64,000 bases of DNA, taken from assembly GCF_006345805.1 (NCBI RefSeq), contig NC_043003.1:100378001-100442000 (forward strand), read 5' to 3'. Under the pieces are notes generated by a model. It was not told the DNA's origin, did not search any database, and saw only the letters and a program-made list of their open reading frames with translations. The position numbers and the translations under genes were made by a program. This DNA comes from Octopus sinensis (lineage: Eukaryota). Below, piece by piece: positions 1 through 10,282 of this stretch (the stretch's first letter is position 1; each line of letters begins with the position of its first letter).

Positions 1-498
1 ATGTTAAGAATTGCGATGCAATTAATTCATTTACTGTATTATATGGGCAAAGGTAAAATGTTTTACCACAAATTAATAATACAAAATAAGAAAATGGAGA
101 AATACATCTAAGTCAATTATCAACTACCAGATAGTACCCAATCACATACTTTTGACCTATCGCACATGGCTAATATAAGTAAAATGAGACACCCATATCT
201 GCATGGCCGAAACAGCTGTAAGATGTAGTTTATATTTATATTTATATTTATTTATATTCTCTTATACATATTGTACTTATTGTATCATATTACTCCTTCA
301 TGTACACTGTTTTGTTCTATGTTATTATGTTTGACCTTAATGTTCATATGTAGTGGTTTAATAAAGTATGTGATTGGGTATTATCTGGTAGTTGATAATT
401 GATTTAGATGTATTTCTCCATTTTCTTATTTTGTATGTATATATATATATATACACATATATATGTATGCACATATATGTATGTATATATATAATATA

Positions 499-550
<52 letters not shown>

Positions 551-980
551 TATATTATATATATATATACAAAGTAAGATATGGGTTATGGTGTAACCCA
601 CTATGGGATAGTATTTATCCAATATACTGTTGGTAAAGTACCCAGATTCTTAATACGTAATAATGATAATAATATTATTGTTAATATTTGATTATTATTT
701 ATCTGGTCTTAAGCATAGACATGTTTATATGTTCCAATATATGTATATATATGTATATGATGTGTGGTATATCTACTTGGACCTATTGTTTAATTGTGTT
801 TATTTATGTATTTTACACTCGTAAAAGTCCATACACTTTGCTTATGTATGTATATGTGTATAAATGTATATGTCTATATGGATATTTGTTCATATTTTAT
901 ATGTATATATTTATTTACATTAAATAATACATGTATCATGTTTAATGTATTAATATTAATATTTTTAAAGTTCCTTATAA

Positions 981-1112
981 CCTCTGACGAGGCCTATGGT
1001 TATATATATAAGTACCATATTTTTAAATGCCTACAACATCATTATGTTGACAACTATAGGCAATAAAAATAAAAATAAATACTTTTAGCCATAGGCTGAA
1101 ACAGCTGTAAGG
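981..1112 (+). ncRNA. Type-I hammerhead ribozyme-like motif with a long stem II insertion
   Basis: CCT(981-983)-CTGACGA(984-990)-GGCCTATGGTTA(991-1002)...TAGCCATAGGCT(1086-1097; 12-bp stem with 2 G.U pairs)-GAAA(1098-1101)-CAGCTG-TA(1108-1109)-AGG(1110-1112). Stem III is the palindrome ACAGCTGT. Stem I is only 3 bp. Confidence 0.55.
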
Positions 1113-1479
1113 AGTGATTTTAATGATTTCAATAATTTGTATTGATTTTTATAACTTGTATTCTTATCTTATATGTATTGAATTATAAGATATATATGTA
1201 TGCTATTGAGGTTCTCATGTGCAAGATTTTTTATGTGAAATCGTGTGTTGAAACAGATATTGTTGTATTTAGGAATGGTCATTTTGCCAGTTTATCCAAT
1301 AAAACTCTGGCCAAAATAAGATTAAGATTAATGTAAAAAGCAAATAACGCTGAAGCAAAGTAACACCAAATATATAGTGCGTGTGTTTTTATTGGCTAAA
1401 CTGGCAAAATGACCGTTCCTAAATACAACAATATATATATATATATATATACTATTCGTATTATATATCCCTCTCTCTC

Positions 1480-1672
1480 TCTTTCGGAGAGGCACAAGCA
1501 CCTACACGCACATATACACACACGGCAGTAACTTCCACCTACCGAATTCAATCACAAAGCTCCGGTCAGCTCGGGGCTATAGTGAAAGACACCTACCCAA
1601 AGTGCCACGCAGTGGGACTGAACCCGAAACCATGTAGCTAGGAAGCAAGCTCCCTAACCACACAGCCATGCC
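1480..1672 (-). mobile_element. tRNA-derived SINE, 5' part (Octopus-type)
   Basis: Minus strand reads GGCATGGCTGTGTGGTTAGGGAGCTTGCTTCC...GGTTTCGGGTTCAGTCCCACTGCGTGGCAC, a tRNA-like head with pol III A/B-box-like motifs. Confidence 0.75.
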
Positions 1673-1694
1673 CAAACGTTAAAAAAACACAAAC

Positions 1695-1870
1695 TGGGAC
1701 AAGAACGTGAAACATTTTGAAGACGACAAAAAAACACACAGACGGGACTTTCGAAGCTCTCAGTCATCAGTCAAGAACCAGATCATCTTCGCAATTTCGG
1801 CTCATTAATCTTGAGATTGCTCCAATCTGGGCAGCCCGCCAAGGGAAATCTAAGCCAATCGCATTAGATT
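1695..1870. repeat. Dispersed repeat, probable Penelope-like element terminal segment
   Basis: The same sequence (ACTGGGACAAGAAC...GACGGGAC...CAGTCAAGAAC...GCAATTTCGGCT...ATTAATCTTGAGATTGCTCC) recurs at 8228-8410 and 45113-45240, usually beside (TA)n. The family assignment is inferred. Confidence 0.5.
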
Positions 1871-1879
1871 CCATACATA

Positions 1880-2340
1880 CACACACACACATTCTTCACC
1901 ACCTCATCCCATGTCTTCCTGGGTCTATCTCTACCACAGGTTCTCTCCACAGTTAGTGATTGGCACTTCTTTACACAACTGTCCTTGTCCATATGCATCC
2001 CATGACCATACCAGTGCAGTTGTCTCTCTTGCACATCACATCTGATGCCCCTTGTGTGTAATTTTTCTCTCAAGATGCTTACACTCTGTCAAACATGCAC
2101 ACTTACATTGCACATCCAGCAAAGCATACTGGCTTCATTTCTTTCAAGCCTACACATGTCCTCAGCTATCACAGCCCATGTTTCACTGCCATGTAGCATA
2201 GCTGTATGCAAACAAGCATCATACAATCTGACTTTCACTCTGAGAGTAGAGGTAGGATCTCTCTAAACTTTGTCCAGCCTAATATAATTTTCACGAGTAC
2301 ACACTTGGAGCATTCAACTCTGCTACTAACTTGGTCACCT
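1880..2340 (-). mobile_element. RTE-clade LINE, 3' fragment
   Basis: ORF 1864-2073(-) ERQLHWYGHGMHMDKDSCVKKCQSLTVERTCGRDRPRKTWDEVV matches the RTE C-terminal motif RL.W.GHV.RM...GRPRKTW. Confidence 0.75.
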
Positions 2341-2570
2341 AGATAACAGAAACTATTTACTGCCACTAGCTTCCCTGCCTGGCAGTTGATGGAGTCTATT
2401 TTCTACCCAATTTCAGTGTTTTTTGTACCTGTGCATCTTCCACATATAAAAGGTATTTTCATTCTTACCTTTCCTCTGATATTGCTGTACCTTTAATGTG
2501 TTCAAAGCTTACGTTGGGTGCATCTTATGGAGCTACTACCTACGCTTTTTCTACAGATCAAGCATTGCTG

Positions 2571-2608
<38 letters not shown>

Positions 2609-2664
2609 GCTTTTTCTACAGATCAAGCATTGGTGTATAATATATATATATATATATATATATG

Positions 2665-3930
2665 ATAATATTTATTAGTAATTTTCATTGATAAAATATA
2701 TTCGTAGTTTTCATTGTTAAAAGAATTTTCCATCTGTTTATTATAAATTTAGTTAATGACACGAGTTTTGAAAGCTAAGTAAACCTTTTTATTAAAGTTA
2801 TTTTAATAATTTATGTTATATTGCATTATATTGGATACTATATAACTACTGATTGTATAATTATTTGATTGTATAATTATTTAGTTGTTGAAGATATGTA
2901 TTTCATTATTAGATTATAACTATATGTTATTTGTAAGTTATTATTTAGCCAACGAAATATATAGAACGTTAAATAGTTATACGGTTCTTTTAAGATACGT
3001 TTTTCATTTATAATTTGCTTTTCCATCCTTAACTTTTTAATATATTTCATAAAAATATTACATTAATATTTAATATTTACGTAAGTAATAATGGACTAAT
3101 TAATTTATTTAGTTTTCATTATATGTCTATATATTTATTGATAGAGTAAATTTTAGATCTTAATTATTATATTTATTGATAATAATTTAGTTATTATTCT
3201 TAAATATTTTATAATTATTAGATTTGAACTTAAATTTAAAAATATGAATAGTGATTATTTTGTTAAATAATTTGGTAATTACATATTGACTATAAATGAG
3301 TTTAGGATATTTGTGAGTTTATTATGTTTTTTAAAGCCATTTTAATAGATAAATACATTTTTCTATCTATTTTTTTTACCTTAAAAATTAATATTTAACA
3401 TAATAATTGGGTTGTATGACATAATCCTAATGGTTTAAGTTTCTAATTTGATAATAGAGCTTTTTACAAGAAAAATTATTATTTTATCTATTTCTTAAAA
3501 TATATTGTTTAAATCTGTTTGCTTATTTATTTAACTATTATCATTAACCTGAAGATTGACTATAATTATAATTCGAATTTTTAATTGAATTTAAATTAAT
3601 TGTAATTCGCATTGAATTATGGCTATGAAACGTACGTAGTGGTTTTACTTATATTATATTAAACTTTTTAATACTTTTTGATATAAAAAAAAATTAATTA
3701 ATTAAAAAATTTAAAAATTAAATTAAAAGTTTATAAATTTAAAATTCAAAAAATATAAAAATATAAAAATTTATAAATATAAATTTAAAATTTAAAATTT
3801 AAATTTTATATTTTATTTATTTTGTATATTATATTAATTAATTTTATTTCTATGTTTTGGTTTATGTCTTTCACCGTTTGATTTGCCTAATAGTGGTTTT
3901 ATCTCTAATTTAATTTATATATATATATCT
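2665..3930. other. Extremely AT-rich segment, possibly a heavily decayed Penelope-like element
   Basis: The minus strand gives short stop-interrupted peptides (KNR*KNVF..., TNILNSF, KYIKKL...RILKEPYN) that loosely resemble the PLE linker and GIY-YIG C-terminus. A hammerhead-like motif lies at 3546-3640. Weak evidence. Confidence 0.25.
3546..3640 (+). ncRNA. Degenerate type-I hammerhead-like motif
   Basis: CTGAAGA(3549-3555)-T-TGACTATAATT...AATTATGGCTA-T-GAAA(3627-3630)-CGTACG-TA(3637-3638)-GT. Stem III is the palindrome ACGTACGT. Stem I pairs poorly (about 2 bp). Confidence 0.4.
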
Positions 3931-4233
3931 TTATATATATATATATATAATTTCAACAATTGAGGGTAAAATTAATTAATTAATCAATTTCACCAAGTAT
4001 TCAGTATGCAAAGGGACCATTTAAGGCGAATTCAAATTATTACATTATATAAAAGGGCTTAGTAAAATAAATTACTTTGCCGCATACTGAACTCATTAGA
4101 AATAGCAGCTAAAAAAACTTTTTTAAAACTATTTCTAATACTTAAAGAAAACCTCTCTCATATAGTGTTTGCTCAATTCAACTCACGCAAATATGGGGGT
4201 AGAGACATTAAAAAATCAAGTGCAAAGGTTATT

Positions 4234-4285
4234 TGAGAACGTACGTTTCAAGATTAGTCAACACGACATTTCTATCATCAGCTCA
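4234..4285 (-). ncRNA. Type-I hammerhead ribozyme motif (copy 1)
   Basis: Minus strand: TGAG-CTGATGA-T AG AAAT GTC GTGTT GAC TAAT CT T-GAAA-CG TA CG-TT-CTCA. Stem I is TGAG/CTCA, the cleavage triplet is GUU, and stem III is palindromic. Confidence 0.7.
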
Positions 4286-4785
4286 GAACTCCCTGGTTTG
4301 GATTTGAAAACACTGAAAGTGGGAGCATACCCTCTCGGCCTCCTCTCGCTTCCGAAGATCTGCTCGTAACTAACAGTGCCAACAAACCCAAAAATGCAAG
4401 CGAAGAATTTCTGCTCTCCCCTTTCCACCAGCGTGGGTTAAAAATAGTAAACACTATGCTTTTTCGGTAAAGTCCGCGGCATATAGAGAGAGATGAATTA
4501 TAATTTCAACAATTGAGGGTAAAATTAATTAATTAATCAATTTCACCAAGTATTCAGTATGCAAAGGGACCATTTAAGGCGAATTCAATTATTACATTAT
4601 ATAAAAGGGCTTAGTAAAATAAATTACTTTGCCGCATACTGAACTCATTAGAAATAGCAGCTAAAAAAACTTTTTTAAAACTATTTCTAATACTTAAAGA
4701 AAACCTCTCTCATATAGTGTTTGCTCAATTCAACTCACGCAAATATGGGGGTAGAGACATTAAAAAATCAAGTGCAAAGGTTATT

Positions 4786-4837
4786 TGAGAACGTACGTTT
4801 CAAGATTAGTCAACACGACATTTCTATCATCAGCTCA
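4786..4837 (-). ncRNA. Type-I hammerhead ribozyme motif (copy 2)
   Basis: Identical to copy 1 and 552 nt away on the same strand. Confidence 0.7.
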
Positions 4838-5272
4838 GAACTCCTGGTTTGGATTTGAAAACACTGAAAGTGGGAGCATACCCTCTCGGCCTCCTCTCGC
4901 TTCCGAAGATCTGCTCGTAACTAACAGTGCCAACAAACCCAAAAATGCAAGCGAAGATAATGTAATAATTTGAATTCGCCTAATGGTCCCTTTGCATACT
5001 GAATACTTGGTGAAATTGATTAATTAATTAATTTTACCCTCAATTGTTGAAATTATAATTCATCTCTCTCTATATATGCCGCGGACTTTACCGAAAAAAG
5101 CATAGTGTTTACTGATTTTAACCCACGCTGGTGGAAAGGGGAGAGCAGAAATTCTTCGCTTGCATTTTTGGGTTTGTTGGCACTGTTAGTTACGAGCAGA
5201 TCTTCGGAAGCGAGAGGAGGCCGAGAGGGTATGCTCCCACTTTCAGTGTTTTCAATCCAAACCAGGGAGTTC

Positions 5273-5324
5273 TGAGCTGATGATAGAAATGTTGTGTTGA
5301 CTAATCTTGAAACGTACGTTCTCA
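5273..5324 (+). ncRNA. Type-I hammerhead ribozyme motif (copy 3, inverted unit)
   Basis: TGAG(5273)-CTGATGA(5277-5283)-stem II-GAAA(5309-5312)-CGTACG-TT(5319-5320)-CTCA(5321-5324). GTC becomes GTT in stem II, which keeps a G.U pair. Confidence 0.7.
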
Positions 5325-5568
5325 AATAACCTTTGCACTTGATTTTTTAATGTCTCTACCCCCATATTTGCGTGAGTTGAATTGAGCAAACACTATATGA
5401 GAGAGGTTTTCTTTAAGTATTAGAAATATTTTTAAAAAAGTTTTTTTAGCTGCTATTTCTAATGAGTTCAGTATGCGGCAAGTAATTTATTTTACTAAGC
5501 CCTTTTATATATAATATATATATATATATATATAATACAATATATATATATATATATCTGTATATATA

Positions 5569-5627
<59 letters not shown>

Positions 5628-5629
<2 letters not shown>

Positions 5630-5782
5630 TCGTCATCATCGTTTAACGTCCGCTTTCCATGCTAGCATGGGTTGGACGGTTCAACTGAGGTCTGGGAAGA
5701 CAGAAGGCTGCACCAGGCCCAGTCTGATCTGGCAGTGTTTCTACAGCTGGATGCCCTTCCTAACCCAACCACTCCGTGAGTG
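5628..5782 (-). mobile_element. SINE/RTE-type 3' tail ending in (GAT)n
   Basis: CATCATCGTTTAACGTCCGCTTTCCATGCTAGCATGGGTTGGACGG...GGATGCCCTTCCTAAC. The same tail occurs at 7499, 24620, 35926, 46440, 51440 and 53700. Confidence 0.8.
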
Positions 5783-5957
5783 AGTTATTATTATTATTAT
5801 TGTTATTATTCATTTTGTTCAACGTGTACAAGTACATATGTGTTCAATATTGTTTTATTCATTTTAGAAAAACTGAAACATGTCATAGACAATTCTAGAA
5901 CATATTGAATTTTGTGCATGACTTTTGGCTCATCCTGTATGTATGTATATGTATGTA

Positions 5958-5995
<38 letters not shown>

Positions 5996-6097
5996 GTATA
6001 TGTATGTATTTTGGCCTGCTGACTTAGTTAGTAGGGTGGCCTCGTTAGAAAGCTAAAACGATGCAAAGTGCATATATATATATCTGTATATATAATA

Positions 6098-6155
<58 letters not shown>

Positions 6156-6205
6156 TTATATATATATATAATGTATATATCTTTATATATATGCATATAT
6201 ATCTG

Positions 6206-6248
<43 letters not shown>

Positions 6249-6268
6249 TATATATATCTGTATATATA

Positions 6269-6299
<31 letters not shown>

Positions 6300-6314
6300 T
6301 CATATATATATCTG

Positions 6315-6357
<43 letters not shown>

Positions 6358-6671
6358 GTGTGTGTTGTTGTGGTGTGTGGTTGTGTGTGATATGTAAAAA
6401 AATACATACTGGGACAAGAACGCAAAACATTTAGAAGACAATACAAAAAAGGGACCATTTAAGGCGAATTCAAATTATTACATTATATAAAAGGGCTTAG
6501 TAAAATAAATTACTTTGCCGCATACTGAACTCATTAGAAATAGCAGCTAAAAAAACTTTTTTAAAACTATTTCTAATACTTAAAGAAAACCTCTCTCATA
6601 TAGTGTTTGCTCAATTCAACTCACGCAAATATGGGGGTAGAGACATTAAAAAATCAAGTGCAAAGGTTATT

Positions 6672-6723
6672 TGAGAACGTACGTTTCAAGATTAGTCAAC
6701 ACGACATTTCTATCATCAGCTCA
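6672..6723 (-). ncRNA. Type-I hammerhead ribozyme motif (copy 4)
   Basis: Same sequence as 4234-4285. Confidence 0.7.
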
Positions 6724-7163
6724 GAACTCCCTGGTTTGGATTTGAAAACACTGAAAGTGGGAGCATACCCTCTCGGCCTCCTCTCGCTTCCGAAGATCTG
6801 CTCGTAACTAACAGTGCCAACAAACCCAAAAATGCAAGCGAAGATAATGTAATAATTTGAATTCGCCTTAAATGGTCCCTTTGCATACTGAATACTTGGT
6901 GAAATTGATTAATTAATTAATTTTACCCTCAATTGTTGAAATTATAATTCATCTCTCTCTATATAATGCCGCGGACTTTACCGAAAAAAGCATAGTGTTT
7001 ACTGATTTTAACCCACGCTGGTGGAAAGGGGAGAGCAGAAATTCTTCGCTTGCATTTTTGGGTTTGTTGGCACTGTTAGTTACGAGCAGATCTTCGGAAG
7101 CGAGAGGAGGCCGAGAGGGTATGCTCCCACTTTCAGTGTTTTCAAATCCAAACCAGGGAGTTC

Positions 7164-7215
7164 TGAGCTGATGATAGAAATGTTGTGTTGACTAATCTTG
7201 AAACGTACGTTCTCA
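7164..7215 (+). ncRNA. Type-I hammerhead ribozyme motif (copy 5)
   Basis: Same sequence as 5273-5324. Confidence 0.7.
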
Positions 7216-7397
7216 AATAACCTTTGCACTTGATTTTTTAATGTCTCTACCCCCATATTTGCGTGAGTTGAATTGAGCAAACACTATATGAGAGAGGTTT
7301 TCTTTAAGTATTAGAAATAGTTTTAAAAAAGTTTTTTTAGCTGCTATTTCTAATGAGTTCAGTATGCGGCAAAGTAATTTATTTTACTAAGCCCTTT

Positions 7398-7430
<33 letters not shown>

Positions 7431-7453
7431 CAAATATATATATATATAATATA

Positions 7454-7498
<45 letters not shown>

Positions 7499-7500
<2 letters not shown>

Positions 7501-7655
7501 TCGTCATCATCGTTAACGTCCGCTTTCCATGCTAGCATGGGTTGGACGGTTCAACTGGGGTCTGGGAAGACAGAAGGCTGCACCAGGCCCAGTCTGATCT
7601 GGCAGTGTTTCTACAGCTGGATGCCCTTCCTAACGTCAACCACTCCGTGAGTGTA
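7499..7655 (-). mobile_element. SINE/RTE-type 3' tail (duplicate of 5628-5782)
   Basis: Near-identical to 5628-5782. Confidence 0.8.
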
Positions 7656-7830
7656 GTTATTATTATTATTATTGTTATTATTCATTTTGTTCAACGTGTA
7701 CAAGTACATATGTGTTCAATATTGTTTTATTCAATTTTAGAAAAACTGAAACATGTCATAGACAATTCTAGAACATATTGAATTTTGTGCATGACTTTTG
7801 GCTCATCCTGTATGTATGTATATGTATGTA

Positions 7831-7865
<35 letters not shown>

Positions 7866-7950
7866 GTATGTATTTTGGCCTGCTGACTTAGTTAGTAGGG
7901 TGGCCTCGTTAGAAAGCTAAAACGATGCAAAGTGCATATATATATATCTG

Positions 7951-7995
<45 letters not shown>

Positions 7996-8058
7996 TATAT
8001 ATATATTATATATATATATATATGTATATATCTTTATATATATGCATATATATATCTG

Positions 8059-8092
<34 letters not shown>

Positions 8093-8107
8093 GCATATAT
8101 ATATCTG

Positions 8108-8163
<56 letters not shown>

Positions 8164-8176
8164 TGTGTGTGTGTGT

Positions 8177-8215
<39 letters not shown>

Positions 8216-8227
8216 AAAAAAATACAT

Positions 8228-8720
8228 ACTGGGACAAGAACGCAAAACATTTAGAAGACAATACAAAAAAACACGGACGGGACATTCAAAGCCTTCAATC
8301 TTCAGTCAAGAACTGGATCATCCTCGCAATTTCGGCTGATTAATCTTGAGATTGCTCCGATCTGGCCAGCCCCAAAGGAAAATCTAAGCCAAGCACATTA
8401 GATTCCTTGGAAGAAAGCCTCGAATGTATACAAAACAAGGACGGAAAAACAGACGATGTTACACGAATAAGAATACAAAAATACATAAAAACAATAATGA
8501 TAATATGGCTAAAGTAAGACAAAAATGCAAAAATGCAAATGCTGCTCACTGGCTTTTGAACAGCAATGATGATGCCGATTTGACTTTGAATCTCTTTAAC
8601 AATTCATCTAATTGTATTTATTTATCGCTACTTTTCATAAAAATGCCTTTATTTTTTTGATATTCAATTTGCATTTACACATTTTTCTTCTTACTTTCCC
8701 CATGTCTTTTCCATGTGTAG
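8228..8720. repeat. Dispersed repeat, probable Penelope-like terminal segment (longer copy)
   Basis: Homologous to 1695-1870 and 45113-45240 and extends further. (TA)n flanks it. Confidence 0.5.
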
Positions 8721-8748
8721 TTTCTATTTTCTTTTCGAAACATATTTC

Positions 8749-8830
<82 letters not shown>

Positions 8831-8850
8831 ATATATATATAATATATATA

Positions 8851-8910
<60 letters not shown>

Positions 8911-8926
8911 ATATATATATATATAT

Positions 8927-9140
8927 AACGGGAAGCTTTATGAAAATAAACAAAAGTCAAAGGCAGGTGGAATATAAACAAACAATTGTATTAGTATGGC
9001 GCTCAGGAATATAAATAAAACAAGTCTTTTACGTTTCAAGCCTACGCTCTTCGACAGAAAGATACACAGAAAAGAAACACAGAAAGAAACAAGGAGAGAA
9101 AAAAAATGCGTGCAGAAGCTAGCGAACACACACACACATA
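8927..9140 (-). repeat. Short repeat-like segment between microsatellites with an ultra-minimal hammerhead-like motif (9025-9062)
   Basis: Minus strand: TCTTT-CTGTCGAA-GAGC GTAG GCTT-GAA-ACGT-A-AAAGA. Stem I is 5 bp and stem II is 4 bp, but the core departs from CUGANGA. Confidence 0.35.
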
Positions 9141-9499
9141 TTTATAGATGTATATATATAATATATATCTATATAATACACACACACAATTTTTAAATAG
9201 TTAATCTGAATATATAGAATAGAGTTTGTGTGTGTGTGTGCATAAAATCCTTATGATTTCAAAAACTGAGTTGCCGATTTTGATGTATCCAAAGATTCAG
9301 TAATCTTTCAGCTACCAAATAAAATATGTTATTTGCACAACAAGTCTTTTTTACTACAAAAATAACCTTGAAAGCCAGATCAGGCTGCACAATTTTGAGG
9401 TCTTTAGCTAAGGGAGGCAACTCTGCTGGACACAATACTTGATTTAACAACAAATGTAAACGCTCCCACACACATATTAGGTGCAAGAATGACTGTGTA

Positions 9500-10282
9500 G
9501 TTGAGAAGAGAAGTTTGCTAGGAAACCTCTCTAATGACTATTGAGGCACGCCAGCATACTTGCAACATTGCTATGTGTGATGGTGAGGCTGATGCGTTGG
9601 AACAGCCAAGCATCCTCATGAGCTTCACCAGTTACCTCTGCTAGACAAGCTGCCAGTGAAGACAGGAATCTCACAGTCAGTGGTCTGACCCCACCAAACA
9701 TTTCAAATGCTACAGGATGGAAAATGTAGTTGGCCAACAGATTGCGGTACTTCAGGATTTTGTTCCGCTCGGCCGCAGAAGCTGTGGATCTTGCTCTGGT
9801 CACAGCATCCGGGATGTGAGAAGAAGCAAAGAAGTTGCTAACTGTGATGTCTCAGACAAGGCATCTGCCTCTCAACCAGTGGCACATGGTGAGGCTGTCA
9901 GGTCTTTTCCCATCATATCTGGACAACACAGATGGTTCCAAGATGGAGGGGATGTTTGCCCAGGCCAAGCTCCTCTTGAGCATAAGGTTCAACTCCATGT
10001 GATGTGCAAAGCAACCAGCATTCAGGTGGCAAGGAAGATTATGGAGGCTTGTGGAGTCAAACAACTTGCCATAATGAGAGCTCAAACCTATGCAGACATC
10101 TGTTCCTACTCTGGGGGCAATGGAGACACGCAGCTTGTCAAAGCTGAGTTGGCCACCAATGTTAGCCACAGGAATGGCACCAACCCACTCACCTAAGTAT
10201 TTGGCACTAGCAGACAGTAAGCAGCACCTTGGAAACTGGTCCAACTGGATGAAGAGGGAGTCAAAGGTAGCCTTTGAAATTA
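9500..10282 (-). mobile_element. CRE-like (restriction-like endonuclease) non-LTR retrotransposon, 3' part, copy 1
   Basis: ORFs 9852-10310(-) and 9531-9803(-): HMELN..LKRSL..ANIPSILEPSVLSRYDGKRPDSLT..HW..GRCLV and FHPVAFEMFGG...LFQRISLTI, the PD-(D/E)XK RLE C-terminus of CRE-clade elements. Confidence 0.75.

Larger units (their letters stand above)
3946..5510. repeat. ~553-bp hammerhead-bearing unit: 1.8 direct tandem copies (3946-4498, 4499-4957) plus one inverted, circularly permuted full-length copy (4958-5510)
   Basis: TATAATTTCAACAATTGAGGG starts at 3946 and again at 4499. At 4958 the sequence switches to the reverse complement, runs through the unit junction and ends at GCCCTTTTATAT (~5510). 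(TA)n flanks both sides. Confidence 0.9.
6451..7402. repeat. Second block of the 553-bp unit (direct 6451-6844, inverted 6845-7402)
   Basis: It has the same direct/inverted junction (GCGAAGA|TAATGTAATAATT) as 4957/4958. Confidence 0.9.
4566..8270. repeat. Tandem duplication of a ~1.85-kb segment (A 4566-6450, B 6451-8270)
   Basis: Both copies show the same order: partial 553-bp unit, inverted unit, (TA)n, SINE tail, unique AT block, (TA)n, ACTGGGACAAGAAC...CAAAAAA. Differences are mostly single-base indels and microsatellite length. Confidence 0.85.

Noticed and set aside
1480-1672. tRNA gene
   Set aside because: Only A/B-box-like motifs continuing into a SINE body, with no complete cloverleaf.
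1741-1775. CTGATGA...GAAA on the minus strand of the Penelope-like terminal repeat (also 45160-45205)
   Set aside because: Stems II and III cannot be paired convincingly, and GAAA is not kept in the other copies.
2665-3930. Possible mitochondrial insertion (numt) suggested by extreme AT content
   Set aside because: I could not recognise any mitochondrial protein, rRNA or tRNA motif. A BLASTN against cephalopod mitogenomes would settle it.
4169-4369. Repeated 66-aa ORF MLNSTHANMGVETLK... and 62-90-aa ORF MRTYVSRLVN... in the 553-bp unit
   Set aside because: No recognisable domain, non-ATG starts, and the frames change with single-base indels between copies. Treated as incidental.
404-8339. 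Many Y/I-rich or H/T-rich ORFs in the ORF track (also at 29640-30414, 36140-36516 and 39734-40021)
   Set aside because: They are translations of (TA)n, (CA)n and (TATG)n microsatellites.
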